A stretch of 64,000 bases of DNA from Lingula anatina (Eukaryota > Animalia > Brachiopoda). Positions 24,987 through 37,596 of the stretch are shown here, in pieces. The number at the start of each line of letters is the position of its first letter. The first letter of the stretch is position 1. A program made the translations under genes and the position numbers. The notes below the pieces were generated by a model that saw nothing but the letters and a program-made list of their open reading frames with translations, searched no databases and was not told the DNA's origin. The DNA lies in contig CM120645.1 in assembly GCA_051362555.1 (NCBI GenBank), positions 23,774,934-23,838,933 of the forward strand, in the 5' to 3' direction.

Positions 24987-25675
24987 TGTAATAGTAGTAT
25001 TTATTTTCTTAAATTTTTATTTATTTTGTCATATTTTCAGTCTGTTCCGTTTGTATGTTTCCATTCCTTATTTTCTGTATTCCCTGATTTCTTTCTTATT
25101 CCTTGTTTTCTGTCTCTATACGTTCTTGCTTTTCATTGGTTTAAAGTCTCTAACCGGTAATTTCCTTTGTCCGATTCCTCACTTTCTCTTAGATCTCGTA
25201 GGCTGAAGTTGTCTTTTATTTTACAGGTAAAATTATTTTCTTTTTATCTTTAATTTATATTAAGTCATATATTATTTGATTAACTCTCATTATTTAGTTA
25301 TTATTATCAATTTAATGTTTAATTTAAATATTTATTTAGCAAACTATGTAATTTATGTAAAAATAAAGACTTTCTCTTAGATCTCGTAGGCTGAAGTTGT
25401 CTTTTATTTTACAGTAATAAAAACTGTTACAATTTGGCGCCCGAACAGGGACCTACGATAGTAAAAGAGAAGTCACGTAACACGTATCTGCAGTTGGTCG
25501 ATCCCACTCATTGAGCTAATGGTAGCCCGAATGGTGATTCCTTGGTGTTAAAAAAAAAAAAAACTGGTTGAGCATATCGGGTAAAATGATCGGTAATGAC
25601 AAGAACATTGCCCACACCACCTTTGCAATCCTCAATAGACAAGTAATCATGCGTGTACACTCAAGAAGTTTTACA
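24987..25675 (+). mobile_element. LTR-retrotransposon fragment: 5' LTR, tRNA-Lys primer-binding site and leader
   Basis: TGTAA (24987) ... GTTACA (25431), then TGGCGCCCGAACAGGGAC (25435-25452, the classic tRNA-Lys PBS). Ends TTTACA at 25675 with 4-bp TSD TTGA (24983-24986, 25676-25679). Empty site at about 38498. Confidence 0.85.
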
Positions 25676-27321
25676 TTGACAAAAGGTAAAAGTACATTGT
25701 AAATGAACCCTTTAACAGTTTTCGTGCGACGTGACTGTCCGTCTTGGGAGAGGGAGGTCGAATTTGTTTTAGTCTGAAGGACATTTTGCTTACGTAAAAT
25801 TGTGTGAGAGCAATCTGTTTATCCTGTTTAAAGCATACAGATGTAATTAGGAAATTCTGTCGTGTAAAGAGGAGATTCTGTCCTGTTTAAAGCATACAAA
25901 AATATATATATATGGAATTCCCAATAGCATCTGATAAGGTCACGTACGACTATTGCCTGCATCACTTAATTACATGTTAAAAAACCCATGAAGACAAAAG
26001 ACAACATATAATAAATCAACAGAAATACAATAAAAAGCAGTAGTGGCTCATAAACGTGCCGGTATAGCATCACGAAAATCGGAAAAAACAAGATTACTCA
26101 ACCCTTCCATTGCTTAATTGAAACGTCGTTAAATCAGCACTTTAATACGGTTTGTGACAGATGTCATTTTGCACCTGCACAAAATTATCTTGTTTATGTT
26201 AATGTTTTCCTGGAAAACGTGTTTTTGTTACTATACAATTGACCATTATGTATTTCACACATATGAATATAATAATAAAAAAAAAACATTTAATCATGCT
26301 GAGAAAGAGTGTTACTGGTGAAGTCAAAAGTGTTTGGACGAAAGCAATTAGTGTAACTGAACAGTTTATAATCTTCCTTTATATTACAACACTATTACAC
26401 AGAACAATTTCTTTCAGGTAATGTGTTTAAGCCAACTCACTATATTTTAATATTTATGAACAATTAGCAGCCTTTTGTACTGGACAATTTCTTAGAATTA
26501 ATTGAACGCGTGAATTATCTACCTTTTCTCTGATAATATCTTCAAAATAGGAAGTGAAATGGAAAAAAAAACTGAATGAAACAAGTCTATTTAGTATCAG
26601 TGTTTGCAGTGTTAAAAAGCACTATTATATATTGAAAGTCTGACACTATAAAATTCCTAAAACACTTAAGTGCCATCGAGTCTACCAGTATCTCTCGCTT
26701 CACAGTTAGCACGGAAAATGACACATTCGACACTTATGTTAATTTCTTTCAATTTACTGTGTTAGCTACTCAAATTTTAAGCCACGTAAATCGTGTTCCA
26801 AAATCCCTCACCTTTTTGACCAATGTTGTGTGTGTATAAGTAATATGTTTGATTATGAGGTTTATTACAAAGGGATATAATAACGAAGACCTTTAAGCCA
26901 CCAAACTAGTTTCAATTTTTAATAATTAGTTAATTGCCCGAGTGATGTTGAACAAAATATTCTCAGACTGATGATTCACTATAATATTTTCCTGCCAAGA
27001 TGTCTTCTTAAAACAGGAACTGAAAAGGGAAGAAATGATGTTGAATAAAACAAGTATATTAACTAGTCCAACCCAAAGGCCGAAACCTGTTACATTGACT
27101 CTCATCGTCTGTTATTGAATTTGCGTGAATACATCGCATCATTCGTCTTTTAAGCCATGGTTATTAGGTATTTGGGAGTTCACTTCAGTCTAATACTGTT
27201 TTACGTAATCTACTGCATGAATAAATATTCCGACAAATATCTATCTATTTATCGACACACCAAATGCACGAGTCACACATTCAAACCTTACCAATTTTGT
27301 GGCAAATATTGTGGTAGCTAT

Positions 27322-28146
27322 TTACACCAGCGTAGGGTCGTACTTTTTCAACAACTGAAATTGATTAAACTTATTTATTAGCAAATAGATGAATGTAATT
27401 TTCTGTAACATTCATTCTTATAAATTAAAAACATTTATTTTCGAGTTTGCTGTCACGAACGACTTTTAGTTTCCCAACATTCATTCAAAAACAGTGTGGT
27501 GTGGTTATTCGCCAGATGGCAGCACTGTACATTCAAACGTGCTTACTGTCAGGGTTGCTTCTTTTTAGTTTAGGCAAAGATCATCTGAATTTTCTTTCAT
27601 AAAGTGACATTTTTTCATGTTTCAGCTATTTGTCAGGTACTTAATTTCTAGTATAAATGAGCTAATGAAAACGTTTTTATATAAGATACGTAGTTCCAAC
27701 ATTCCTAATTTATAAGATTAAAAGGTGTTGCTTTCAAAGGGCCATCCATACGGATGTGGATACAGATATGGATACGGACATGGAAACGGATATGGTCCTA
27801 CAAAGTGGTAAGTACGAACTAGGTTTTTGTTTATAATCGTACTTCATCGCTTGCGAAACATCCTCAAATTAAAACTCACACAGACCTTTACACACGTCTC
27901 GACACATTCCTCCTCTTCTAACTGGCCATTGCCTGAAATAGAAACCAACAGTCATTTTATGGGATGTCGGATAATTCAAGCACATGTCTTCGACATTTAA
28001 GTTTTATGATATACAGTTTGACAAACCATACATTATTATAACTAGATATAATACTTCAGACCCGTGTGTAAAAATTTATTGACTCCTGTGGCTGATTACC
28101 ATTATACAAGTTACATCTGCTTCTTTGACAACAGTGTTTTATCTAT

Positions 28147-28185
<39 letters not shown>

Positions 28186-29602
28186 TTGTTATTTTATTAT
28201 AACTTTGTATTTTTTAAAAAGTTTCGAGATCGCTAATGACATTTGAACAGCAGGAATTTTACAAGCTCTAAATCGAGTTAGAATTGAATTAGAAGCTGTG
28301 TCTATATGTTATATTGTGGTAAAGACGGCATCAGGTCTAAAAACAAAATTATCAAAGCCGTGCTCATACTCTATTTCACTTGTAATATGTGGAGATTTCA
28401 ATCAGAAAGATTGACTTTCCGAATAAAACATCCCTTGTGTGTTACATTACATTTTGATGAAAATATTAAAATAACTTAAAAATCATTGACCACATAACAA
28501 AAAAGTTTTAAGTGAACTTCTTGAGTAGATTTCTTTAATTTACGTCAGTTTTACAACAAGAAGCAAACAAACCATATTTTGTTTTCATGAATATATATTT
28601 TTTCAACTGTAACCCGTATTTTTTGTCATTAAATGACTAATTCATACTTCGGATATTTGAATAATCCTGTTTTGGCAGGAGCAAAATGCACTTACCATTG
28701 GTATCTAGTATCAATATGTCAGACAATTCGTCTTCTGTCAGCACCCCGTCTCCCGTAAAATCAACCATTTCAAAGAATGCACGAGACCAAAGCGGCTTAA
28801 ATGTGGGATACTTTTTGGTCAAAAACCTCAGCAGTTCACTTTGTGTGACTTCATCATTGTCTACAAAACGGAAAAATATTGAGCATTGTCGGTTAAGCAT
28901 TACTTAATTCCATGGATTCGTACAATTAATATTTCAGAGAATGTTAAATGTGTTCACAGTGTCGCCTTATATTTCATACTGTAGCTTATTGAGAGCGCAA
29001 TTAATATTAAATTTTATTCAAGAATTTCCACCATCTCAGTGCTATGAATATTAGCAAAGGTTGTGGTCAGTGACTTCATAATTCCAGGGTTATTTGTGAA
29101 AAATATTATAAATTATATCACGATTTTGGTTTGGTTGCAACGTTTAATGCTAACTTACTGGTACTATAAATACATATAGAAATTTCGGCTATGTTGCAGT
29201 GTTATAACCATTACAGATAAGACATACTGCGTTACGAAAGTGACACGCTGCAACTTACGATCAAAGTCGGCGGAAGCCATGACGGCAGCCCATTCCAAAA
29301 TAGTGATAATATCGTCATCATTAGTGTCCAAATAATCGCAACCCATCCTCCCAATCTCCAACGCTGTTAACTGAGGTTTTTCCTCATTTGTGGGAGCACA
29401 GTGACTAAAATAAAGTAAATTAATTCAAATAATCTTTCTGCAAGGTATTTGCAAGTATGTGCTGTGTTCAGTATGTACGTATGTTTCATTTCAAATGCAT
29501 CCTTTTGATTTTGTGTGTCTTGCACAACCATCCTGTGTTGTGATTGAATTTCGAAGAGTTGAAAATCATGCCAATGGGTTTTAATAGACAGACCCCTGAG
29601 TG

Positions 29603-29648
<46 letters not shown>

Positions 29649-29726
29649 GAGCATGAGCACAAGGGCTTACATTTTCGTAGCCATGGAGACAACACACACA
29701 ACCACGATTATCAACTTCAACTTCAT
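27322..29726 (-). CDS. Gene B2: secreted 4xEF-hand calcium-binding protein, 148 aa (duplicate of B1)
   Basis: Exons complement(29671..29726,29259..29404,28696..28860,27886..27932,27322..27354). Same exon sizes and phases as B1, frame intact, ends LLKKYDPTLV*. Confidence 0.9.
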
Positions 29727-30134
29727 GCTGCAGTTTGGTGTACTTGAACAGAAGTAATTGATACAAATATGAATATAATTTCAAAACTCACTTGTTGATG
29801 TTAATGTTCAAAAACGCAATGGAGTAGAGCTCTCCGACCCAAATATCCACAAAACAGGATTCGCTCGAGTCTTTTTATGAGAAATTATAGTGAGAGCTAA
29901 GTCAGCTGCTAACATACGGGTATTTTGATGTACTCTACAAAAGGTGAAAGTACACTGTAAATGAGTCCTTGAACAGTTTCCACTTGAAAAGTGTTTTATT
30001 AAGGCGTTTTTGTCCGTCTTGGGAGAAGGAGGTAGAATTTGTTTCAGTCAAAAGGATGTTTTGCTTACGTAAAATTGTGTGAGAACAAGTTTGCCCTGTT
30101 CAAGACAAACAAATATAAAAAGGAAGTATTGACC

Positions 30135-30192
<58 letters not shown>

Positions 30193-31879
30193 AATTTCCA
30201 ATAGCATTTGATAAGGTCACGTACGACAGCTGCCAGCATCACTTAATTACATGTTAAAAAACCCATGGAGCCAACAGACAACATATAATAAATCAACAGA
30301 AATAAATTTAAATGCAGTAGCGGCACATCTACATTTATATAGTATAGCATCATGAATAGCGGAAAATCAAGACATTCAATCACTCTGTCCTTCCATGGTT
30401 TTATTGAAACGTCGTTACATCAGCAATTTGATATGGTTTGTGACAGATGTCATTTTGCACCTGCACAAAATTGTCCCTGGTAACCAGTAGTAACTAAAGA
30501 CATATCTCTGCCAGTTTTGAAGATATAAGGAACGAAAAAGTTGTCCAATTCAGTTCATGGTGAAAAATAGACCAAAGGTCAATTTGAAGGTAACAGTTAG
30601 ATTGCCAATATATATCTTCCTATGCAAGTTCAACAGTAACTATAGTTCAATAGTATCTCTACCAGTTTTGGAGATATTAGGGAAAGAAATCTTGCAAAAG
30701 TCGGTTCATGTTGAAAAGTAGGTCCAAGGTCAATCTCAGGGTCACATTTAGATTGCCAGTATATGACTTCCTATTCAACTTCAATAGTAACTATGGCCCT
30801 ATCTCTGCCAGTTTTGTCGATATAAAGGACTAAAATGTTTTTGGAGTTACGGTAATTTGCCATAAATTCCTTACAGAAGAAATTAATTGAAATAAAGAAA
30901 AGGGACGTGAGACGTGCTCAGAAATTCCAGATGTTCGAATTTAATGAAATTAATTTCATTTTTTACCATGGCGGCGGAGCCGGCGGACGAGACAGGTCGG
31001 GACTTAAACCATGCGTATCGCCAGCGCCTACGCTGGTGGTAAAATAATAATCCATTTTGCAATCTTAAAGTTTAAAATTGAAAAAACATCACAAGATTCC
31101 CTCTAAAAATAATCAGAATGAAATAACACCCATTTCATGGGCTTATTGGAGTTGTCTAATTCCAATTATATGACCTCAAAAATAGACAGTACTTATACTG
31201 GTTTGGCGTTTTAGACATTTGTATCAAAAGACGTCGACCTTTGTCATCAAATATAACTTAAAACATTCTTTGTATTTATAACATTTTAAAAACCTCATTA
31301 TGACTTTATAAGAAGTATTCGCAAATAAGATTTTAAGGTAGTCCTCACCCTAACCTTGAATAAATTTTAAGTAGTTAGCAATTGCTATCAAAAATGAACG
31401 ATTTCATTTCAAAACTTACTTGAATTCTCACCAGCGATGTACATCAGTGGCGATCTTCGACTTAAATGTCAACTAGGAACCCCCTACTGTTGCCATCAGC
31501 ACAATATGGGGATTTTTAAAGCTTGAATCGATTGCGTAATGTATAGTAAGACATGACTGACGCCTGCCGTTTTTAAACATATACACACGTAATTGTGAAA
31601 AGCAAAATCTTTTTTGATCAGGAAAGGAGGACGTAAAATGGCAACGATACCGGCATTAGTGTTTGCAGTGTTAAAAGCGTAATTGAAAGTTTGACAGATA
31701 ATAAATAATCACCTAAAAACATATAAGCGCCATACACGTCTACCAGTATCTCACGCTTCACAGTTAGCACGAAAAATTACACATTCGACACTAATGTGAA
31801 ATTCATTCAATTCACTGTGTTAGGAAAAAGTTACTCAAATTTTAAGCCACATAAATCGTGTTCCATAATCCCTCACCAC

Positions 31880-32940
31880 AAAGCTCGTGTATATTGATTT
31901 CATTTGATGAACTCATTTAGTATTATATCTTTCTCAATAAAGCGGGGTAAAGGGATATAAATTTGATTGATTGTGTTATCGCCGTGGTTTCGTCTGATAT
32001 GACCGTCGGGTTCTGCTTGAAACTGAATGCGATGTATTCACAATGCCCGAGTTCAGTTGAGCGATGGCGTAAAAAGTTGTGCAATACAGAAATGTGCACA
32101 GCTAGTGAATAACCACGGAAATACATATATATCGATACATATCTGGTGAAAGCGCCCGCTCTGCAATACGACAGAGGGTATAGTTTGGTAGAAAAAAGAG
32201 CCAAGGGTCGGGATTTCATGTGCTGCTGGGATTAGCAAACCTGACATATGATCAAGGTGCTGCACTAATGACTGACAGGTGTAGACAAGCGTATTTTGCG
32301 TCAACTTCAAGGGGAAATTTCATTTTAAAGAAAAGGATAATTTTTTCTTACGTTTTCAATGTGTGCTAGGAATGCTTTTTTAAAGAATTTTCTGTGAATA
32401 CGGTTTTCACAAAACTTCGTGCCGGGTTCCTTTGACTCTTTGATTCCAAAGTTACATGAATAAACTAGAACATACATGAACTGGAGTGTGCAATGCAGAG
32501 AAGAACCAATCCCTAAATAATATGGACCAACTTCGCTAAGTTCTTTATGAAAAATGGGACAATGTCCCACAAAACAAGATTGTTACGCTTGGTGAAGGCT
32601 TGTTGCGCCGCCTACAGGAGATAACTGTAGTGCGCGGTAAACACACACGCTATTAGACACGTGACCGTTAATAAGCAAATTCTAATGCCAATTGTGTGTA
32701 AATTTGGTGATATTTGGTGGGGTCTTTTTAATTTAACAGACGCTGCTTTACCTCTGTGGAAATCACAGTGATATATAGATATTTTCTCCGCTATTTTGAA
32801 TTTTCTGAACGATTAATCATGAAAGTTATGTTATTTGGAATAAAAAGCAATGTTTAGAACAGTTTACACCAGTGACGTGACCATTTGTTAATAAAAGCAC
32901 ATGGAATTGGGGTCGGATAACCTTTTTGGCCAATGTTGTA
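31880..32940 (+). mobile_element. Tc1/mariner relic (duplicate of 12270-13339)
   Basis: Near-identical copy. The ...RGKHTRY* stop is at 32654-32656 and the terminal TA at 32939-32940. Confidence 0.65.
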
Positions 32941-33496
32941 TGTGTATTAGTAATATGTTTGATTATAAGGTTTATTACAAAGGGATATAATAACAAAGAC
33001 TTTTAAGCCGCCAAACTAGATTTTATTTTTGTAATTATCAGTAAATTGCCCAAGTGGTATTGAACAAAATATTCTTAAAATTAGTGGTGATTCTCTATAA
33101 CATCTTCCTGCCATGATGTCTTCTTAAAAACAGGAACTGAAAAGGAAAGAAATGATGTTGTATAAACAAGTATATTACCTAGATCAATCTAATGATACAC
33201 AGAGGTGTCAGTCAAGTGGCTCAAAATGAGAAAAAAAAAAGCATTTCCCCAAAAACGTGTTACATTGACGCCCATCGTCTGTTATTGAATTTGTGTGAAT
33301 GCATCGCATCATTCGTCTTTTAGACCATGATTATTAGGCTTTTGGGACTTCAGCCTAATGCTGTTTACGTAATCTACTGCATGAGTAAATATTCCGACAA
33401 ATATATATGTATTTATCTATACCTGCGCATAGACCAAATTCCATGAGTCACACATTCAAAACTTACAAATTTCATGGCAAGTATTGTGGTAGCTAT

Positions 33497-33713
33497 TTAC
33501 TCCAGCGTAGGGTCGTACTTTTTCAACATCTGAAATTGATTAAACTTATTGAGTAACAGTGGATATGAACGAAATTTTCTGGGACACTCATCATTATATA
33601 GAAAAACATTATTCGTCAGATGGCAGCACTGTGCATTCAACCGTCAGGACTGCTTCTTTATAGTGTAGGCAAAAGTCATTAGGATTCCCCATAGGGGAAT
33701 ACTATTGTTTTTG

Positions 33714-33751
<38 letters not shown>

Positions 33752-33924
33752 GTTATTCTTATTCTTTCCCCGCGTTTTTTTTCGCAAAAAATCTGAAATA
33801 ATTTACATAGGTAGCCTATGGAAAGAACATGCCATAGACCCAGTTTCAGTGACCTTGACCTACTTTTCAAGGTCACACGGCTTTTGAAGGCAAAATTTGT
33901 AAAATTTGAAATTGTCATTAGGCC

Positions 33925-33971
<47 letters not shown>

Positions 33972-36900
33972 TTATTAGATAAAATTGCAACCCTAAGGTT
34001 GAAGTTGTACAAAGAATGTTTAAAAGAAAAATTGACAATAAACTTTAAATTATAAAACAATAAATTATTCTTAAAATACTACAAATTAAAAAGGCATCCA
34101 TAATTACTACAAGTTAAAAAGGCAATAATTAATAAAGGAATTTTTAAAACGTTCCGTCTTCACTTTTGGTTGTAAGAATTTGGTGTTGTTTCGTAAAGGG
34201 CGGGTGTTTCTTTCAGGCAATAAATGACTTAACTTTTCACAATATTTTAATTTTGTATAAAACCTCTGATACAGCAAATGTCTACGTTTGTCTAGGGTGT
34301 CAATGTTACAAACTTTTAAGGCATCATCATAACTGAAACCCGGGCAAATAATCCTTAAGGCTCTCTTTTGAACTGATTCTAGACATTCAGATTGCGCAGC
34401 AGTCAGACCTGGTCCCCATACTGGACAGGCATATTCTAAAACTGATCTTATTACAGACTGGTAAATAGTTAATAAATCTTGTATGTCCAGTTTTGCCCTC
34501 TTTAGCTGTCTGAGATAAAAAAAAAAAGCTTTAAACATGCCTTAGCATACATGGTTTGGATGTGTTCAGCCCACTTGAGGTCTGGGGTTAAAATAATACC
34601 AAGTATCTTAAACGTTTTGACCTTTTCTACACGTTCACCATCTATTTCCAATGTTGCTATTGTAAGATTACAGTTCTTGGTAAAATTAATGTCCATCAAC
34701 TTAGTTTTCTTTACATTAAGTTTCATCTTGTTTTGCTTGACCCAGTCAGCCAATTGGTCTATTGCTTGTGGTAGATGCGGTGTTTTGCCAAATTTGCAAA
34801 TTTCGTAAATGGAGGTATCATCGACAAACTTAATGTCTGAATAACAAGTTTTCAGGTCATTAATCATTGCAAGGAAAAGAATGGGACCCAATTTAGTGCC
34901 CTGAGGCACTCCCCCCACTAGCTGAACCCAATCAGATTTAAAGCTACTGCATTTTACTCGTTGCAACCGTTCGCAAAGGAAGGAATAAATATAAGCCATA
35001 TGGCTAAGTGCCTTAAAAATAATGATACAGAGCCAAATCGCCACATATTGACCTACTTTTATGCAAGTAGGTCAAGGTCAAGGTCGCTTATGGCCAAACG
35101 GGCTCAAAAAAGGTTTGTTTCCGAGATCTCAAAAAACCGGAAGGCCCAGAGCCCCAATCATAGTGGCAAATGATGTCCTATATATTTATCTAATGTTAGC
35201 TGTAAATTGGTAGCGACTGCTTAATTATTTTTTTTAATAAAGATTTTTAAATATTTATGACATTGCAGAAATCTTGAGTTTGGCAATTTCTCCATGAAAC
35301 ACTGATTTTTGGTCATAGCATGCTATAGTAAACTACCCCAAACATATTCCCAAAACCCCCAAATCAAATGTCAAATTTGACCTCGACCCTCATTTTCAAG
35401 GTCATTCGGCTATTTTATGGAGAAATATTGACGTGGGCTAAAAGTGATGTTTTGTTGACCCCCCCCCCCCCCCCCAATTCGCATATGCTCTTTCAGAATA
35501 TGGGATCAAATTTAACCCATGACCTTCACATGACCTTGTAAGAGCATTTCCACGCCTATTTTGCAGGGGAATCCTCCGCCACTGGCTTTAGCCAATTGCA
35601 GTCTAGTCTGAATTTTCTGTCCAAAAGTGGCAGTCTTTCGACATGTTTCTGCTGTGTGTCAGGTATTTTATTTATAAATAGTATAATGAACTAAACAAAC
35701 GTTTTATATAAGATACATAGCTCCAACATGCTTAATTTCAAAGATTAAAAATGTTGTTGCTTTCAAAGCGCCATACATATGGATACAGATATGGATACGG
35801 ATATGGTCCTACAAAGTAGTGAGTACAAACTAGTTTTTTTTTGTCTATATTCGTACTCGTACTTCATCGCTTGCGAAACCTCCCTCAAATTAAAACTCAA
35901 ACAGACCTTTTCACACGCCTCAACACATTCCTCCTCTTCTAACTGGCCATTGCCTGAAATAGAAACCAACAGTCATTTTATGGGATGTCGGATAATTCAA
36001 GCACATGTCTTCGACATTTAAGTTTTATGATATACAATATGACGAACCATACATGATTATAACTAGGATAATTCAGACCTGTGTGTAAAAAAATTATTGG
36101 CTCCTGTGGCTGATTACCATAATACAAGTTACATCTGCTACTTTAATGACGGCATTTTTTGTTTATAACTATGTATTTAAAAATAGTTTCGATATCGCTA
36201 ATGAAACTTGAACGGCAGGAATTTTACAAGCTCTAAAATGAGTTAGTATTGCTGTTAGAAGCTGTGTCTGTATGTTATAGTAAAGATGGCATGTGGTCTA
36301 AATACAACGTTATCAAAGCCGTGATCATACTCTCTTTCACTTGTAATATGTGGAGATTTCAATCAGAAAGATTGAATTTCAGAATATAATATACCTTGTG
36401 TGTTACTTTACATTATGATGAAAATATAAAAATAACTTTGGTATCGTTGACTAAATAACAAAAAAATTTTAAGTGAATTTCAATAAAGAAGAAAACTTGA
36501 GTGGTTTTCTTGAATTTACGTCAGTTTTACAACAAGCAGCAGAAAGCCCATATTAACCAACAGTTAATTTGTTTTAATGAATATATCTTTTTTAAACTTA
36601 AACTCGTATTTTTTGTCATTGAATGCAGATTAACTCATACTGCAGATGTTTGAAGAATGCTGTTATGGCGGGGGTAAAAAGCACTTACCATTGGTATCTA
36701 GTATCAATATGTCAGACAATTCATCTTCTGTCAGTACCCCGTCTCCGGTAAAATCAACCATTTCGAAGAGTGCACGAGACCATAGCGGCTTAAATGTGGG
36801 ATCCCCTTTGGTCAAACTCCTCAGCAGTTCACTTTCTGTGACTTCATCATTGTCTACAAAACGGAAGAATGTTGACCATTGTTGGTTAGGCATTGTTTAA

Positions 36901-37475
36901 TTCCATGAAAATGTTCAATGTGTTGACAGTTTCGCCTTATATTTCTCACTGTAGATCTAGATTATTGAGAACTCAAATTAAATGTAATTTTATAAAGAAT
37001 TCCCACTATCTCAGTGCTATGAATATTAGCAAGGGTTGCTATCGGTGACACCAAAGTAATTTATTGAAGGGAAATTTTGTGAAAATATTATAAATTATAT
37101 CACGAATGTGGTTAGTTTCCAACGTGTAATATTAACATTTCTTGTATTAAAGGAAGCTTATTTTATAATAAATGCAGATACAAATTTCGGCTATGTTGCG
37201 GTGTTATAACCGTTACAAATAAAACATGCTGCAACTTACGATCAACGTCAGAAGAAGCAATAAAAGCTGCCCATTCCAACACAGTGATAATATCGTCATT
37301 ATTAGTGTCGGCGAAATCGCAAACCATTTTCCCAATCTCCGCCGCTGTTACCTGAGGCTTTTTGTCATTTGCAGGAGCACAGTGACTAGAATAGTGTGAA
37401 TTATTTCAAATAATCTTTCTGCAAGGTATTTGCAGGTATATGCTGTGTTTAAGATGTATACGCATATTAAAATGT

Positions 37476-37512
<37 letters not shown>

Positions 37513-37596
37513 GAGCATGAGCACAAGTGCTTACATGTTCGTCGCCATGGAGCCAACACACAGAACCACAATTATCACGTGGAACTTCAACTTCAT
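33497..37596 (-). CDS. Gene C2: secreted 4xEF-hand calcium-binding protein, 150 aa (duplicate of C1)
   Basis: Exons complement(37535..37596,37240..37385,36689..36853,35907..35953,33497..33529). By eye the protein is identical to C1. Confidence 0.9.
33679..35606 (+). mobile_element. Same HINE-like element in C2 intron 4, interrupted by a LINE fragment
   Basis: Collinear with 21226-22089 apart from the insertion at 33926-34986. Confidence 0.7.
33926..34986 (-). mobile_element. 5'-truncated non-LTR retrotransposon (CR1/L2-like RT), frameshifted
   Basis: RT motifs GVPQGTKLGPILFLAMINDL, KFVDDT and YQSVIRSVLEYACPVW. Frameshift at the A-run near 34517-34528. AATAAA followed by a (TTA)n tail at 33926-33976. 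Absent from the C1 copy. Confidence 0.9.

Larger units (their letters stand above)
7150..26830. repeat. Segmental duplication unit 1 (B1+C1), about 11.8 kb core plus about 7.8 kb of private insertions
   Basis: Collinear with 26830-39640: 8300-13807 matches 27886-33409, and 20335-26830 matches 33410-39640. The central parts are nearly identical. Boundaries approximate. Confidence 0.9.

Noticed and set aside
25435-25452. tRNA-Lys gene
   Set aside because: Only the 18-nt complement of the tRNA 3' end (including CCA) is present, right after an LTR end. It is a primer-binding site.
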